DNA of 64,000 bases, taken from assembly GCA_043228905.1 (NCBI GenBank), contig JBHGNT010000013.1, positions 17,112,001 to 17,176,000 of the forward strand, read 5' to 3'. This DNA comes from Azolla caroliniana (Eukaryota; Plantae; Polypodiophyta). A model generated the notes under the pieces. It saw nothing but the letters and a program-made list of their open reading frames with translations, made no database searches and was not told where the DNA came from. The translations under genes and the position numbers were made by a program. How positions within the stretch are numbered: position 1 is the stretch's first letter; every line of letters begins with the position of its first letter. This document shows positions 44,821-58,066 of this stretch, one piece after another.

Positions 44821-46173
44821 GTCTTTTTTATGTTGATGTATGGTTTTCAACCACGAGCCCCGATTGATGTTAATATACATCATGATGAGTTGCGAAGTAC
44901 GCAAAAATTTCTTCGGGATATGCAAGATATGTTTCATATTGCACGAGATAATATAAAAACAGCTCAAGATAGAGCGCGTTTTTATGTTGATCATAATAGG
45001 CAACCTCATGTATTCGACCCTGAACAAAATGTATTTTTACATGTAACTCACAATTCTAAGAAATTGTCTATGGGTAAGTGTGCTAAGTTAGCCCCACGGT
45101 TTTGTGGACCTTTTACAGTCCTCAAACGCATTGGTTCATATGCCTATCGTCTCGCTCTTCCTGATGGCATTGAAATCCATCCAATTTTTCATGTAAGTCG
45201 TCTAAAAGAACTTCTAGTTTCTAGTGACAATACAATTACCATTGAAACTCTAGTTACTTCTGAAGAATTAGCTTCTAAACCATATGTACCAAAATGAATT
45301 CTCGATGTTAAAACAAAAAATTTACATTCTAAAACAATCCGAGAATTTAAAATTAAATGGATGGATAAGTCTATAAAAGATGCCACATGGGAACGCGAAA
45401 ATACTCTTAGAACTAACTTCCCTAACTTTCCATTGCAAGAGTGCAATGTTTTAAAGGGGGGGGAGTATGTTACGGTCATGACCATATAATATCCCGTGGT
45501 GAGAATGTACCGTGGTATTCTATACACATGTATAAAGTGTGAGGGTTAAATAAGAGTGTAAAGAAGGGGAGGATTACTTTTAATGCTCAAGATTCAAATA
45601 ACCCATTAGGCCAAGTGTGAACTTGCTTGGGGGCCTTGGGTTAGCTATAAATATGAGGCCTAGCTACCCTCATTCGACACATTATGGACTACTTCAAGAC
45701 TCTAACATTGTGGTGGACCAGGTACGACTCGATGTCACGACGGTGTTATGGGACACCGATCGAGGCTCGAGTCCATCTCGATCCCTTCGATCGGGGGTGG
45801 TCAGGTGGATTGGCACCCTTCTTTCTCTCTTCTTACCCATATAGGTGTACGGGAGGGTTAAGGTGTAATGTGTAAGGTATGTAATGTGTAATATGAATGA
45901 GTGTGTGAGGATGAGTACATGCACATTTGTGTGCATGTGTACAAAGGTGAGAAAGTGGGTAAGTAATGTAACTCCCTACTTGTCTCATTCTTTATTTGTA
46001 ACAGTTACCTCTTGTACTATATAAACCCCACCCATGGGGAATAATGGAATATAGCTTTTTCCCCTCTCATTTTGGTGTGTTTCTTTGTTTCACTCTCCTT
46101 CTCTCTCGCTCGCACGTAACCCCCTTCGGAGGGGGGTGGAGCCATTCTAGGCTTCAGCCCCCACCCATCAACA
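44821..46173 (+). mobile_element. Second chromovirus 3' fragment (INT C-terminus, chromodomain, PPT, LTR 45468-46173)
   Basis: KLAPRFCGPF, IHPIFHVSRLK, IKW..DATWE. PPT AAAGGGGGGGGAG precedes an LTR with TGTTA..CAACA termini. Confidence 0.85.
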
Positions 46174-47214
46174 TTTCTCTCCTTTCTTATTCATCTATCT
46201 TTTATCCTTATCATATGCTTACATTAGATCATAACTCTAACAGCAATACTGCATGCCCAAACAACGGGCTAGGCTCATCATTGCAACGTACAAAGGTGGT
46301 AAAGTTAACTGGGGATATATCATTAGTGTTGCGCTCAAAGAACAACTGCATGGGGTGCAGAATGGGAAATCCATGATGCCAATTTTTGCAAGTGGTTGGC
46401 AGTACTATGTCCCACGTCAGTAGCTAATATAAGACGTAAGACCTCAAAGAAGGTAAAGGGGTAGTCGTCACAAGTACAGCCTAAGGAATCAGTTAGAAGA
46501 ACAATACCACGAGAAGAGTGGCAGGAACCTGAGCCAACACCCAGCAACAACTTGAGCCGAGCCGAGAAACTAAAACCGAGCCGACACCCGACACTTGACA
46601 ACCGACCCAAGCACAAGAACCGAGTTGACCACGAGTAGAATCATAACCATCACCACGTCTAAAACAGAGGAGTCTGTTGTTGACACCACAATGCATTTCG
46701 ACCGAACAACCGCATCAAGAAGAGGGTCGGCCAACAAAGAGGAGTAAACCCGGAAACACATAGTCTGCCGAACAGCAAACTCAAGAAGAGTGTCAGCTGA
46801 CAAAAAGAACTAGAGTCGAACAACAATAGTTAGCTGAACGGCCCCAACAAATAGAAGCACCGACAAGAAAGGAGGGACCATTCGAACCTGCGTCGAAAAC
46901 CACCATAGAGAAGGGAAAGGCGGTGACAATATCACCGAATGAGGTCCTTGGAGTAACCGACATTCCACCAACAACACGTGAATTTGTAGCCTTGCTACAG
47001 CTCAGCACATCGTACGAACTGGCGGATTGGTTGCCCAAGCAATTACAAGTTGCCTCCGACCTATTAGCCCAAGAACATACGGATCAAGAAATTATCCAGA
47101 GGGCCATGCTAGGAGCACTAGAGCTAGAAGAGGAAAGGAATCTACAGAGGATCGACTGACAACGGGAAGCTAGAAACAAAGGTATGGCAATTCAAATGCC
47201 TCCTATTAATATAG

Positions 47215-48034
47215 TGTTGGGAGACAGGTCCCTCCGGATGGGAAGAGAGAAGAACAGTGCCGATGAACAAACTCGGCCGAGGCCGAAACCGGATGAGGAG
47301 TACCCGGCTACGGAGAGCCGGATGGTGCAGACCCGGTGAGAACCGGATGAGGAGTACCCGGCTACGGAGAGCCGGATGACGCAGACCTGGTGAGAACCGA
47401 ATGAGGAGTACTCGGCTACGGAGAGCCGGATGGTGTAGACCCGGTGAGAACCGGATGAGGTGCACCCGGCTACGGAGAGCCGGATGGTGCAGACCCGGTG
47501 AGATCCGGATGAGGAGTACCCGGCTACGGAGAGCCGGATGGTGCAAACCCGGTGAGAACTGGATGAAGAGACATATTCGTAAATATGTTTCTAAGAGTCC
47601 ATCGAGGCTATATTTGTAAATAGCCGAAAATTCATATTAGTATAAATATGACTTAGGGCAAACTTTTAGTTAATTGTTGTTGTTGTTGTTGTTATTTTCT
47701 TGTTGGTGCAAGAAGAAGAGAGAGCACGTAACAATGTACAAAGAGAGAGAGAGAGAGAGAAAGAGGTCGCTGCCTCTGTTGTAACCGCCGCCTGTGGCGA
47801 AGATCGTGAGCACGAGGTCGTTGCCTCCGTGAACTCATTGTTTGTACATTCCAACATAGTGATAGTTTGCAGCCTGTGGGCTGTCGTGGTTTTTCCCTAG
47901 TTTGGGTTTTCCACGTAAACATCCTGCGTACTCTTCTCTTCCATTGTGTCGTTCTTTATTTCCCGTTTTCTGTGTATGATCCTAAGCTCGGTTGTGGCCA
48001 AGTGTTGCGTATAGGGAGCGTTCAGTTCCCGTCA
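47215..48034 (+). mobile_element. Copia-type solo LTR (820 bp) with a 54-bp tandem array
   Basis: TGTTGG..TCA termini with TSD TATAG/TACAG; same family as 29660-30304. Confidence 0.9.
47289..47570 (+). repeat. 54-bp tandem repeat, about 5 copies
   Basis: Unit CCGGATGAGGAGTACCCGGCTACGGAGAGCCGGATGGTGCAGACCCGGTGAGAA. Confidence 0.93.
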
Positions 48035-49374
48035 TACAGCTCGTGTTGAAGTGCACCAAGAATTAGCAAAGACTACTTGAGCAGCCAAAGAAACTACCAA
48101 AGTCTACAAAAGGACCACAAAGGCATTCGACATGATGCACATGGAGTGGTCGGCAGCCAAAAAGACCAATGAAGAGTTGTCGGCTCGACTCCAACAGGCG
48201 GAAGCAAAGTTAAAAGAAGCGGGCAAACATCTCCAAACCTGCGACTATGTTGGGATCGGACATGTACCAGACAAACAATTATGGGATAAGCTAAGAACGA
48301 CGAAGAAAGAAGCCGAACGCGCCAATCGGAGGGTAGAAAAAGCCGAAGCAAAGGTCCAGAAAATGAACGATCGAATCAAGGTAGCAAAGATCGAACTTGG
48401 GGCCCTGGTTGACACCAAGTAGGGAGAAATAGACGACCTTAATTGGCAGCTACAACAATAGATGGTGGATAAGCAAGAAGAACAAGAGAGGCTAGAAGAG
48501 CTTGAATTGTATATTAAAATGTAGGAGGAGCATTATTCGGAACACAGTGATAAGCTCAAGCTGGAGAAGTTGAAAATGAATACGAAGTATGAGCTACTAG
48601 CAAAGCAGTATGAACAGAAGAGGCTGGCGTTATTGGTGGCAGAAGGAAAACTGCAATTCGACCAAGGTTCGACTGAAGTTTGAATTGCTGAAATGCGGTG
48701 TAGTATGCAGTGTAGACTCGGCATGGGAGAAGAAAAAGTGTGCCTCATCTTATCTAGGCATAAGGCCAAGATGCACTAAATGGTCGTCGAATCCCTGGCA
48801 ACCTCTGGAAGACATGGTCGCCCCAAGCTGCCAAATTACAGCTATTAAGAGTCGACCATGAGAACAAAAAGAAGCAAGTCAGGGCCTCTTCAAGATTTAC
48901 GAAGCAATGATCACCACAGTCCAAAAAGAGCTCGTCAATGACATATACGAGCTTTCAAAGAGCCATAGGTAGGAGATCACCAAGCAAATGGAGGAATATG
49001 ACGACCAGCATATGGCCATGGCAGTAGAGCTTGATGCTTATGAGAAGGAACGTCCTCTGAAGCAAACAGGAGAACTGAAGGGAAACGGTGACGACGAACC
49101 GACTCAGGAAGACTCTGGCCAAACAATACCAGTAAGCGATGCGGATCAGGCGAACAAAATCGAGGAGGAGGTAGAGGCAAAATCGACGATGCGAACGGAG
49201 GAGGATCTTAACACCGACAACCCACCAAATCCGACTAACACCGAAGTTCAAGAAGAAGAAGAGCCCAATCTCTTCGACATACTAAATGAGGACGTGAATG
49301 AAATTGACGAAGACGACCCGATCGACGACAAACAGATAGCCGACAATGAGGAAGAGGACAACTAGGAATAAAGG

Positions 49375-49416
49375 GTGGGGTTCGACCATGCAAGGCACTG
49401 TCCCACGAGCATGCCA
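49375..49416 (+). other. tRNA-Arg 3'-part-like motif at the PPT position of Gypsy-5
   Basis: GTGGGGTTCGA-CCATGCAAGGCACT-GTCCCACGAGCATGCCA, then TG, then the LTR TGTTAG. Confidence 0.75.
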
Positions 49417-52323
49417 TGTGTTAGTCAGTCGGTTGTCCAAAGGATAAAGGTCGACAAGTCGAAGTTGGAGTCGAAGTCAGTGTTGAAGTCGAACAATATG
49501 AAAAGACAGATTTTAAAAATGTAATTTTTGTCGAGTATAAAAATATAGTAATTTAAGAATTAGGACTATTTTGTATAACTGTAGGTTCCTGCTGAACATG
49601 CAAGTGTATGATCTTGGAAAAGACTCCCAGGTCACCTACAAAAAGGGACCGACAGTATTGTAACATTATCATTATGTTTTAGTTTTAACATAGTTTGTAG
49701 TTAGAGTATTTGTGGCGTTGATTGTTCTGTTATTCTCTATATACTTACTTATTGTGTCGAATGTTTGAATTATTCTCTGCCACACCGATTATGTTATACT
49801 AACAATCGATCAAAATCATGTGTTCTAGTTCTAAATAATTAGGTTCTGAGTGACCATTATTTTACAACAAGTTCTGAGTGAGTGTTGACACATCCTATCT
49901 CTCCAACCACAATTATCTTGATAGAATGCTCTCAGTTGAAAGTCAAACGTTGAAAGACGTTCGACCCATTGTGTCTGTCGGTTGTCGGCAGAACAACACC
50001 AATTGAGACATATAGATGTCTTCTTCCAAGTCTCTATGTAGGAAAGTCGTCTTGACGTCCAGCTACTCAAGCTCTAGGTCTTTAGTCACCACGACCCCGA
50101 GGAGGAGCCGAAGGGTGGTCATCTTGACTACTGATGAGAATATCTTGTCGTAATCGACCCCATGTTCTTGTTTGAATCCCTTTGTGACGAGCCAAGCTTT
50201 GTATTTGGGCTTCTCCGAACCGGATACATATTTGTATCTGAAGATCCATTTGCATGGCATTGGCTTCCTTCCAACTGGTAATTCGACCAACTCCCTTGTT
50301 TGATTCTGATGAATCGAGTCCATCTCGGATTTTATGGTTGTAGCCATGCGTTAGCATCCGGCGCAGCTAGGGCTTCCCCGTAGGAGCTCGGTTCGCTTGA
50401 GTCCATATAATTGACGTAGATGAGGCCCGATTGATACAAATCTATCAGCCTTCAGACTCGTCCAAATCTTCTGGGTGCCGATATTATTGGTTTGATTTCT
50501 TCAATCGGCTGATCGGTATTACTTGAACCGTCTTCAGGAGTCCTGTTGAATGACTCACCCCTGCAATAGGAATTCGGCGATGTCGAGTCATCCTCCCCGT
50601 TTTCAGGAGTGATTGACAGAGGGAGTTGTGCCTTGATCGGCTCGGCTTGGCCTCTTGGCACCTTAGCCTGTTTGGCGAGTTGGTCAATGTATCAACTCTA
50701 TCATTTTCACGCCTTGTCAATCTCATAGTTGAATCAATTTCGAGAGGACCTTTTGCCAATTCGGTTTCGACAGAGTGATCGTTGGCTTGGCTTTCTTCGA
50801 AGGTTTGTCGAATCGCCAATTCGGTCTGGTGGGTCGGTCCTTCTACGGCATCTCTGTCAATTTCGAAGGAAACCTTTTTGCCAGCCGCATTCAGGTGGCT
50901 CCGTTCAAAGAGAATCAAGTCTTCATTGAAGACTACGTCACTACTCTAGATCAGTTTCCGATTCTTTGGGTTCCAAAACCTGTAGCCAAATTCCCCATCG
51001 GTTCCATAACCGAGAAATATGCATTTCAGTACATGGGGTGCCAACTTGGTCCTTTTGTCCCTGGGATGAATGCACATGCTTCACATCTGAATATACAAAG
51101 CCTATTGTAGATCGGCAGTTTGCCTGACCATAGTGCTTGTGGCACTTCGAGTCGCACTGCCCTCGACAGTGATAGATTTATAAGATGGAATGTCGTTTGC
51201 AATGATTTGGCCAAGAATTCTAGCTTTAGTTCAGAGTGCTTGAGCATTGTCGTCACCCTCTCCTGGATTGTTCGGTTGATCCATTCCGCCACGCCATTCT
51301 GCATGGGTGTGTAAGGAATGGTCTTTTGGTGCCGGATCCCTTTATCGGTCAGGTATTGTTTGAAGGCTCGGGAGGTGTATTCACCTCCATTGTCAAACCG
51401 GAGTGTCTTCACTCTGTATCCGGACCGGTTCTCCACTTTGACTAACCATCGAGTAAAGACCTCAAGCGCTTCGTCTTTCGACCTAATCGAGTAGGCCCAG
51501 ACCTTCTATGTATAATCATCTACGAATGTGATGAAGTACCCAGAGCATCCTAGTGACCTTTCGGGCATCGGTCCACATATACCTGTGTGGACCAGTTCTT
51601 GGGGTTGATGTACCATCTCGTAGTGGAGAGAGTGCATACTTCGGGTATGTTTCCCGTAACGACAATGCCCACAGAAGTCCATCTTTGTCTAGACCTTCGG
51701 GATGTAGATGATCACCATCAACCGATCCAGTCCGGCTTGTGACATATGGCGAAGTCGTCCATGCCATAGGTTTGAGTCCCGCAATTTAGCTATGTTCACG
51801 GCCCCTTCTGGATTGATCGCCATTAGTGGATACAAGTTATTTTACTTGTATCCATTCCTGATTTTTAGATTTCCTCGATTGATCATCCATGATGACTCAC
51901 TGAGAGTCATTCTGTACCCGTCTTCGGCTAACATTTTGATGGAGACCAAACTCCTTTTCAGCGCGGGTACATGTCAAACTTAGTGGAGGGTGATAGTATT
52001 GCCATTTGGCAATTGGATGGGGACCTCTCTTATCCATGCGATTGTGAACTCCTGTCCATTGCCTAGTCAGATTGTGTCGTTGGCTCCGGCCGAATAGTTT
52101 GAAAACCATTCGATGTTCAGGGTCACATGAAATGTGGCACCAGAGTCCAGTAGCCACATTCGTGTATCTTGCACACTATATAGGACCTCTCTGATCATTG
52201 AGTCCTTCAAAGAGAGAAATTATCTTGATCGAAATTTAGCAACATTGATTTGATTGTCGTCTAGAGAACGATTCGAGTCGGATCGTCCAAAGTTCCGCTC
52301 GAATCGCCGAACGCTCTCCTTCT

Positions 52324-54650
52324 TGTTGGGAAATCGGTCTCTCCGGATAGGATCCAGTGATGAATAAAGAGAGTCGGTGAGAACCAGAAGAGATCCGGAA
52401 ACCGGAGGAGACCCGGTGAGAACCGGATCGGTGGACCCGGTGAGAACCAGAAGAGAAGACAGATTTGTAAATATCTCTTGAATAAGCCCATTGAGGCTAT
52501 ATTTGTAAATATCCCTAAGTTCATATAACTATAAATATGACTTAGGGCAATCACTTTAGCAAGGCGAGTGATTGTGTTGTTGTCACATATTGTTGTAACT
52601 GTTGTACCGAGAGTGAGAGAGAGAGAGAGAGATACAAAGCGATACTCTGTTGTAACCACCATTGTGCGAAGAAACAGAGCTTGAGGTCGTTGCCTCCGAG
52701 TCTCTAATTGTACTCCTTCTCTTCATAGTGATAGTTTGGAGTCTGTGGGCTCCCGTGGTTTTTCCCTATTAGGGTTTTCCACGTAAACATCTTGTGTCAT
52801 TTTCTTGTGTACTCTCCACTTCCCATTTCTGTGTTCGATTCTTATAGAAGTGATTTACTACTCGGTTGTGGCCGAGCAATATTCCATGCATTTCTCTTCA
52901 AACTGGTATCAGAGCAAACAACACAGAAAATGGAAGAATCTTACGGCGGAATGTTCAAGCTCACCGGCTCCAATTACTCAGTGTGGAAGTCGAAGATGAG
53001 GGACATGCTTGTGGTTAAAGATCTTTGGTTGTCGATTCACTTCGGGGAAATGGTACCGGAAGTTTGACTCCTTCATGACCGATCAAGGGTACCACAAGAC
53101 GCATGCTGATCACTGCGTGTTTGTGAAGAATTTTGATGGAGGAGATTTCCTGATATTGCTCCTGTACGTGGATGACATGTTGATCGTCGGACGAGACCAA
53201 GTCAAGATACGGATGCTGAAGAAGGCCCCTAACTGGACCTTCTCAATGAAAGACTTGGGTCCAGCAAGACAGATATTGGGGATGCACATCATCTGGGACC
53301 GGTCGAAGAAGCAATTGTGGTTATCACAAGAAAAGTATGTGACAAAGGTGCTTCAGCGGTTTAACATGTCAGAAGCAAAACCGGTTGGATCGACACTCCC
53401 GGCAAACTGCAGATTATCCAGTAAGCAAAGCCCGAAGACAAAGGCAGAGAAGGCGGATATGTTAACGATTCCATATGCCTCTGCGGTCAGGAGCTTGATG
53501 TACGCAATGGTGTGTACTCGATCGGATATTGGATACGTAATCGGAGTGGTGAGTCGGTTCATGACCAACCCCGGAAAAGAGCACTGGAATGCGGTAAATG
53601 GATACTCTGGTACTTGAAGGGCACTTCGAGTATGTGCCTCCGATTCGGCTCCGGTAAGCCCCTCATGGAAGGCTTTACCGATTCGGATATGTCGGCTGAT
53701 GTGGACACCATCCGGTCAACTTCCAGATATGTCTTGACCTATGCAGGGGGAGCCATTTCGTGGCAGTCGAGGCTGCAGAAGACGGTTGCGTTGTCAACCA
53801 CGGAGGCGAAGTACATGGCAGTCGTGGAAGCCGGCAAGGAAATATTATGGATGAAGGACTTCATCGGAGAGCTAGGGATCCAGCAAGAGGAATACCGACT
53901 CTACTGCGACAGTCAAAGTGCTATCCACCTTGCAAAGAACGCGGCATACCATTCTAGAATGAAGCACATCCATCGCAGGTACCATTGGATCCAGGAGCGA
54001 GTTGAAGATCGAGAGTTCATCCTAACGAATGGGTCGGATATGCTGACCAAGGTGCCGACACCCGACAAGCTGGACGCATGCCAGAAGCGGATCGGACTTA
54101 CAAGACATCCCATACCAGAGTGAAGGGGGAGATTGTTGGGAAATCGGTCTCTCCGGATGGGATCCGGTGATGAATAAAGAGAGCCGGTGAGAACCAGAAG
54201 AGATCCGGAAACCGGATCGGTGGACCCGGTGAGAACTAGAAGAGAAGACAGATTTGTAAATATGTCTTGAATAAGCCCATTGAGGCTATATTTGTAAATA
54301 GCCCTCAGTTCATATAACTATAAATATGACTTAGGGCAATCACTTTAGCAAGGCGAGTGATTGTGTTGTTGTCACATATTGCTGTAACTGTTGTATCGAA
54401 AGTGAGAGAGAGAGAGAGAGAGAGAGAGAGCGATACTCTGTTGTAACCGCCACTGTGCGAAGAAACAGAGCTCGAGGCCATTGCCTCCGAGTCTCTGATT
54501 GTACTCCTTCTCTTCATAGTGATAGTTTGGAGTCTGTGGGCTCCCGTGGTTTTTCCCTATTAGGGTTTTCCACGTAAACATCTTGTGTCATTTTCTTGTG
54601 TACTTACTACTCGCCACTTCCCATTTCTATGTTCCATGTATTTCTCTTCA
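52324..54650 (+). mobile_element. Copia-C, internally deleted copia element (2.3 kb)
   Basis: LTRs 52324-52900 and 54134-54650 with TSD CTTCT. PBS at 52904 and PPT GAAGGGGGAGA. About 40 gag codons are fused to the RT C-terminus and RH at ~53051. Confidence 0.94.
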
Positions 54651-55623
54651 CTTCTTCTTGATCGACCAACTGTCAAAGGCATCATGACCAAACTTTTTGC
54701 AATGGGTGCAGAAAGTGCTTGATCGACTATTCCTCAACTTCGACTGCTCTCAGTTGTCGATCCTCCTTCTCGACCGATTGTTTCTTCGGTCGATTCTTCT
54801 GGCTTGTTCGGTCGAGTGGTGGGCTTCTGTCAAGTCGTTGATGGTGAGTCCCATCGATTTTCACCAAATGTCCTCTGTTAGGATTTGGCCAATCATTTCG
54901 TCTAGGTTCAGCTTCGAGCAACTGTTGGCGAATGTCATGCAGAATACCTCCCAACTCGACGCCAAACTCGAAAGTAAGGCAAGGGCTTTCACTTCTTCTT
55001 TGAAGTTAACCCCTTGGGAGGAGAGTTCGAAACACCCAGTTGAAGGTGTTAATGTGGGAGGTCGTTGGATCCGTCTCTCTCATCTTCATATTGAACAACT
55101 GTCGGATCAATATAAACCTTGATGAGGAGGATTGTTTCTCATAAATGGCCTGAAGCGTCTCCCACAAGGTAAATGTCGTCGTCTCTTTGGCCATACTAAA
55201 GTAGACGTTCTCGGCTAGATGCATTCAAATGGTCAACCTGGCAATTTTGTCCAGTGAATGTCATTTGTTAGTTGTCATCGAGGTTGGCTTGTTATTGTGC
55301 TGTATTACCTCGATTTGACACTTGACGATCAGTACATCCTGCATCATCTCCTTCCATAGGCCTTGAAAGTTCTTGCCGTCAAACTTTCGGATTTCTACTC
55401 CAATGTCAGATGTAGAGGCCATGTTCTTGGGAAGTGAGATTTGCTAACCTAGTTCTTTCCTTTTGTTTCTTCTCCTCTCATGTTTGTGTTGTTGTTGTCG
55501 TTGGACCGCAAGTCGCTCTGATACCACTTGTTGTGAGATAATGTGTAGAGATGTTGATACGGAAGATGATTGAGGACCTGTCGATTAGTTCAGCAAACAA
55601 CGTAAGTGTAGATATGCACTATT

Positions 55624-55646
55624 ACACACACACACACACACACACA
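55624..55646 (+). repeat. (AC)n microsatellite inside the Copia-D LTR
   Basis: Direct reading. Confidence 0.9.
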
Positions 55647-56139
55647 GGTATGCTCAAAGTAAGACTGTATTGCATTAATCTTTGAATTCTAGATGTACAT
55701 ATGTTACAATGTTAGGGTGAGCTTATATACTCAAGCCCAAGCTCAGCATCGTGTTCACACATAGGATACAATATATATAGAAGGAGTCGGCCTTTTATGC
55801 CAACACCAAGCTCAACTATTGGTCCTCAAATGAATCTAATGAATCTCTTTCTATATATCTCTTTTTCGAGACCTCTAGTTGATGGTTTGGTGGTTCACAT
55901 CGTAACATCGAAGTCACAGATTTGATGGCCCTCAAGTTTGAGAGGACCCATGTTTGTTCCTTGCCATGGGGTTGACCCATCCCATAAATCATAACCGACT
56001 TCTTGTGGACATTAAAAATATAGATACATTGCCTATTAAGGCAATGCCTGCAAAAATGTTAATCTTTTGGGCACAAACGCATACATAGAATATAGAATTC
56101 CCCTGAAGAAAGCACCTCCAAACGCAATGGCATTTGGTA

Positions 56140-56360
56140 TTTAGCCTAAGATAAATAACACATAGTGAATCACAAACAAGAAGCGCATGTTGACCATGTT
56201 GACACTTGGTGAATCACCACCAAAAAGCGCAAGTAAACACTTAGCCTAAGACAATTAACACTTAGTGAATAACCAGAAACAAGCACAACGTAACACTTAG
56301 ACTAAGATAGTGAATAGTTAGTGAATACCAACAACGAGCACAAGTTAACAATTGGTTGAT
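56140..56360 (+). repeat. Degenerate tandem repeats (TTAGCCTAAGA..AACACTTAGTGAAT..AAACAAG)
   Basis: The motif recurs at ~56141, ~56241 and ~56297, with partial copies between. Confidence 0.6.
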
Positions 56361-58066
56361 TATGAACAGCCACCCCTCAATATTAAGATCCTTCAATGGG
56401 AAACACTCCCTTTATTACTATGGCATCAAGCCTGAAGCCATGCTCCTCCATAAATCAACATGCCTTTGGCCTCTTCTTCATATCTATTTTCTAATGGACT
56501 TGTTGGTCTTTATATAGCTTTCCTCATGCTAACTCCTCGTATAATGAGGTTGCTTTGTGTATCTTAGAAATTAGTGTGCCTATCACACAAATTGCCTTAA
56601 AGTCTTCAAGAAACGGTTTCAACAGTCAAGTGTCCTCCATAATGACTAGCCTTAGGATTGCATACACTAATTTATACATGATTCTTTCTCCATTCATCTT
56701 AAGGTGGTTTCACGCTATTGTGGTTTTGGATAGCTCCTCCCCTTCCTAGGGGGTTGGCTCCTTGGGTACTCTCAACAACATTATTTTGGAAATTTTGAAA
56801 AATCAAGGGTATTTAGGAGTCCTTGAGAAATAATAGGATGTTGTGGGAATTGGATGAAAAGGGGGGCATTAACAATAGAACAGAGGGAACAATCATGTGA
56901 GTTCACAATAATCCCTAATAATCATAAGGTTGGTCCAATTTTGACATAGTTATAGTATTGCATCTCCTCATATTCAAGGGTCATATTCCTTGAATATGCA
57001 TTATGTTCTCATGATTCCTTTCATAATTTAAAATGTGCCTATACGAGATGATATCTTACATCAACTTAAAATGTTTATATAGTTATGGTGGACCCCAGCA
57101 TATCGATATGAGTTTCTACACATGATTGTTTTCTGAGTGTTGATGTGAATTGGTGGAAACTATTCGGTAACCAAAACATTAAATGTTTGCTTTAACCTAA
57201 TAAGATATCAAATGTATTTTGTTTACAATGGACATCATAGTATTTATCACCTCGAACCTGAGAATTGTAATCGTTATCAATGTTTTTATATCGTTATGAT
57301 ACAATTCCCCATATTATTACATGGAGCCGCCGCGCATAGCACATCTTAGAAGAGAATATGAAAATTAGCTTCTTCTATTTGAGCAACAGGTTGATTCAAT
57401 AACATTGTTGAAGCTACGGTTAGTGTACACCTAGATCATTTATGAGTACACATACAAGACACGACATCGACTAAAAATCAACTCAAAGAAGAATAACAAT
57501 AACCCGGAATTGAAATGTTGCTCTAGAACAAAACAATTCATCAAAATGCTAGCTAAAGCGAGTCAAGCTAGAATGGTTGAGAGGAATCAAGGAATGGTCA
57601 CAACGAAAGACATATATTGTCCTTACTCCTAAGAAACCGATAAAAGGCTTATGTGTGTCAACATTTCGAGATTAAATACTTGTCATCATTTCTCTAGAAA
57701 TGAATAGGAAGGGCCCAACATCATTAGGGAATGGGACCACGACAAGAGGTCATTCTTGTACTTTCGCTTCACCTAGCTCCGGGTGCACACACAGAAGCAT
57801 CATCAAGGAATGGGACCACAATGACCAACATGAGAGGTCGTTCTTGTCCCTTTTTTTGCCTCCCCTAAGCTCGAGGGTATGTACATGGAAGCATTTCCAG
57901 ACTTATTTCCAAGGTTTGCCGGTAGGGGTCAAGGAAACTTAGGAGGTTTCTCACTACAAGCAAGGACAAGGAGATCAAGAGATAGATTGTCCAAAAGGCC
58001 CCATTTTATCCGATGAAGAGCGATGCGGGATCGAGAGGTGGGTTGGTTCGATCGATGATGAACAAA

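Larger units (their letters stand above)
46248..49998 (+). mobile_element. Gypsy-5 3' remnant: degenerate ORF2 homolog, tRNA-like motif and 3' LTR (49419-~49998)
   Basis: CMPKQRARLII, LLQLSTSYELADWL and EPNLFDILNED align with Gypsy-4 ORF2. The LTR has TGTTAG..AACA termini and abuts Copia-D RT. Confidence 0.82.
49999..55805 (-). mobile_element. Copia-D, old degenerate copia element (5' LTR ~55530-55805, PBS, gag, INT, partial RT)
   Basis: PBS TGGTATCAGAGC (rc 55516-55527), gag 55006-55224, DNGGEY/QNGVAE in 51026-51436, YKAWLVTKG in 50063-50347. Confidence 0.85.

Noticed and set aside
47289-47570. CRISPR-like array or repeat protein ORFs (47142-47546)
   Set aside because: Head-to-tail repeats without unique spacers, inside an LTR; the ORFs are by-products.
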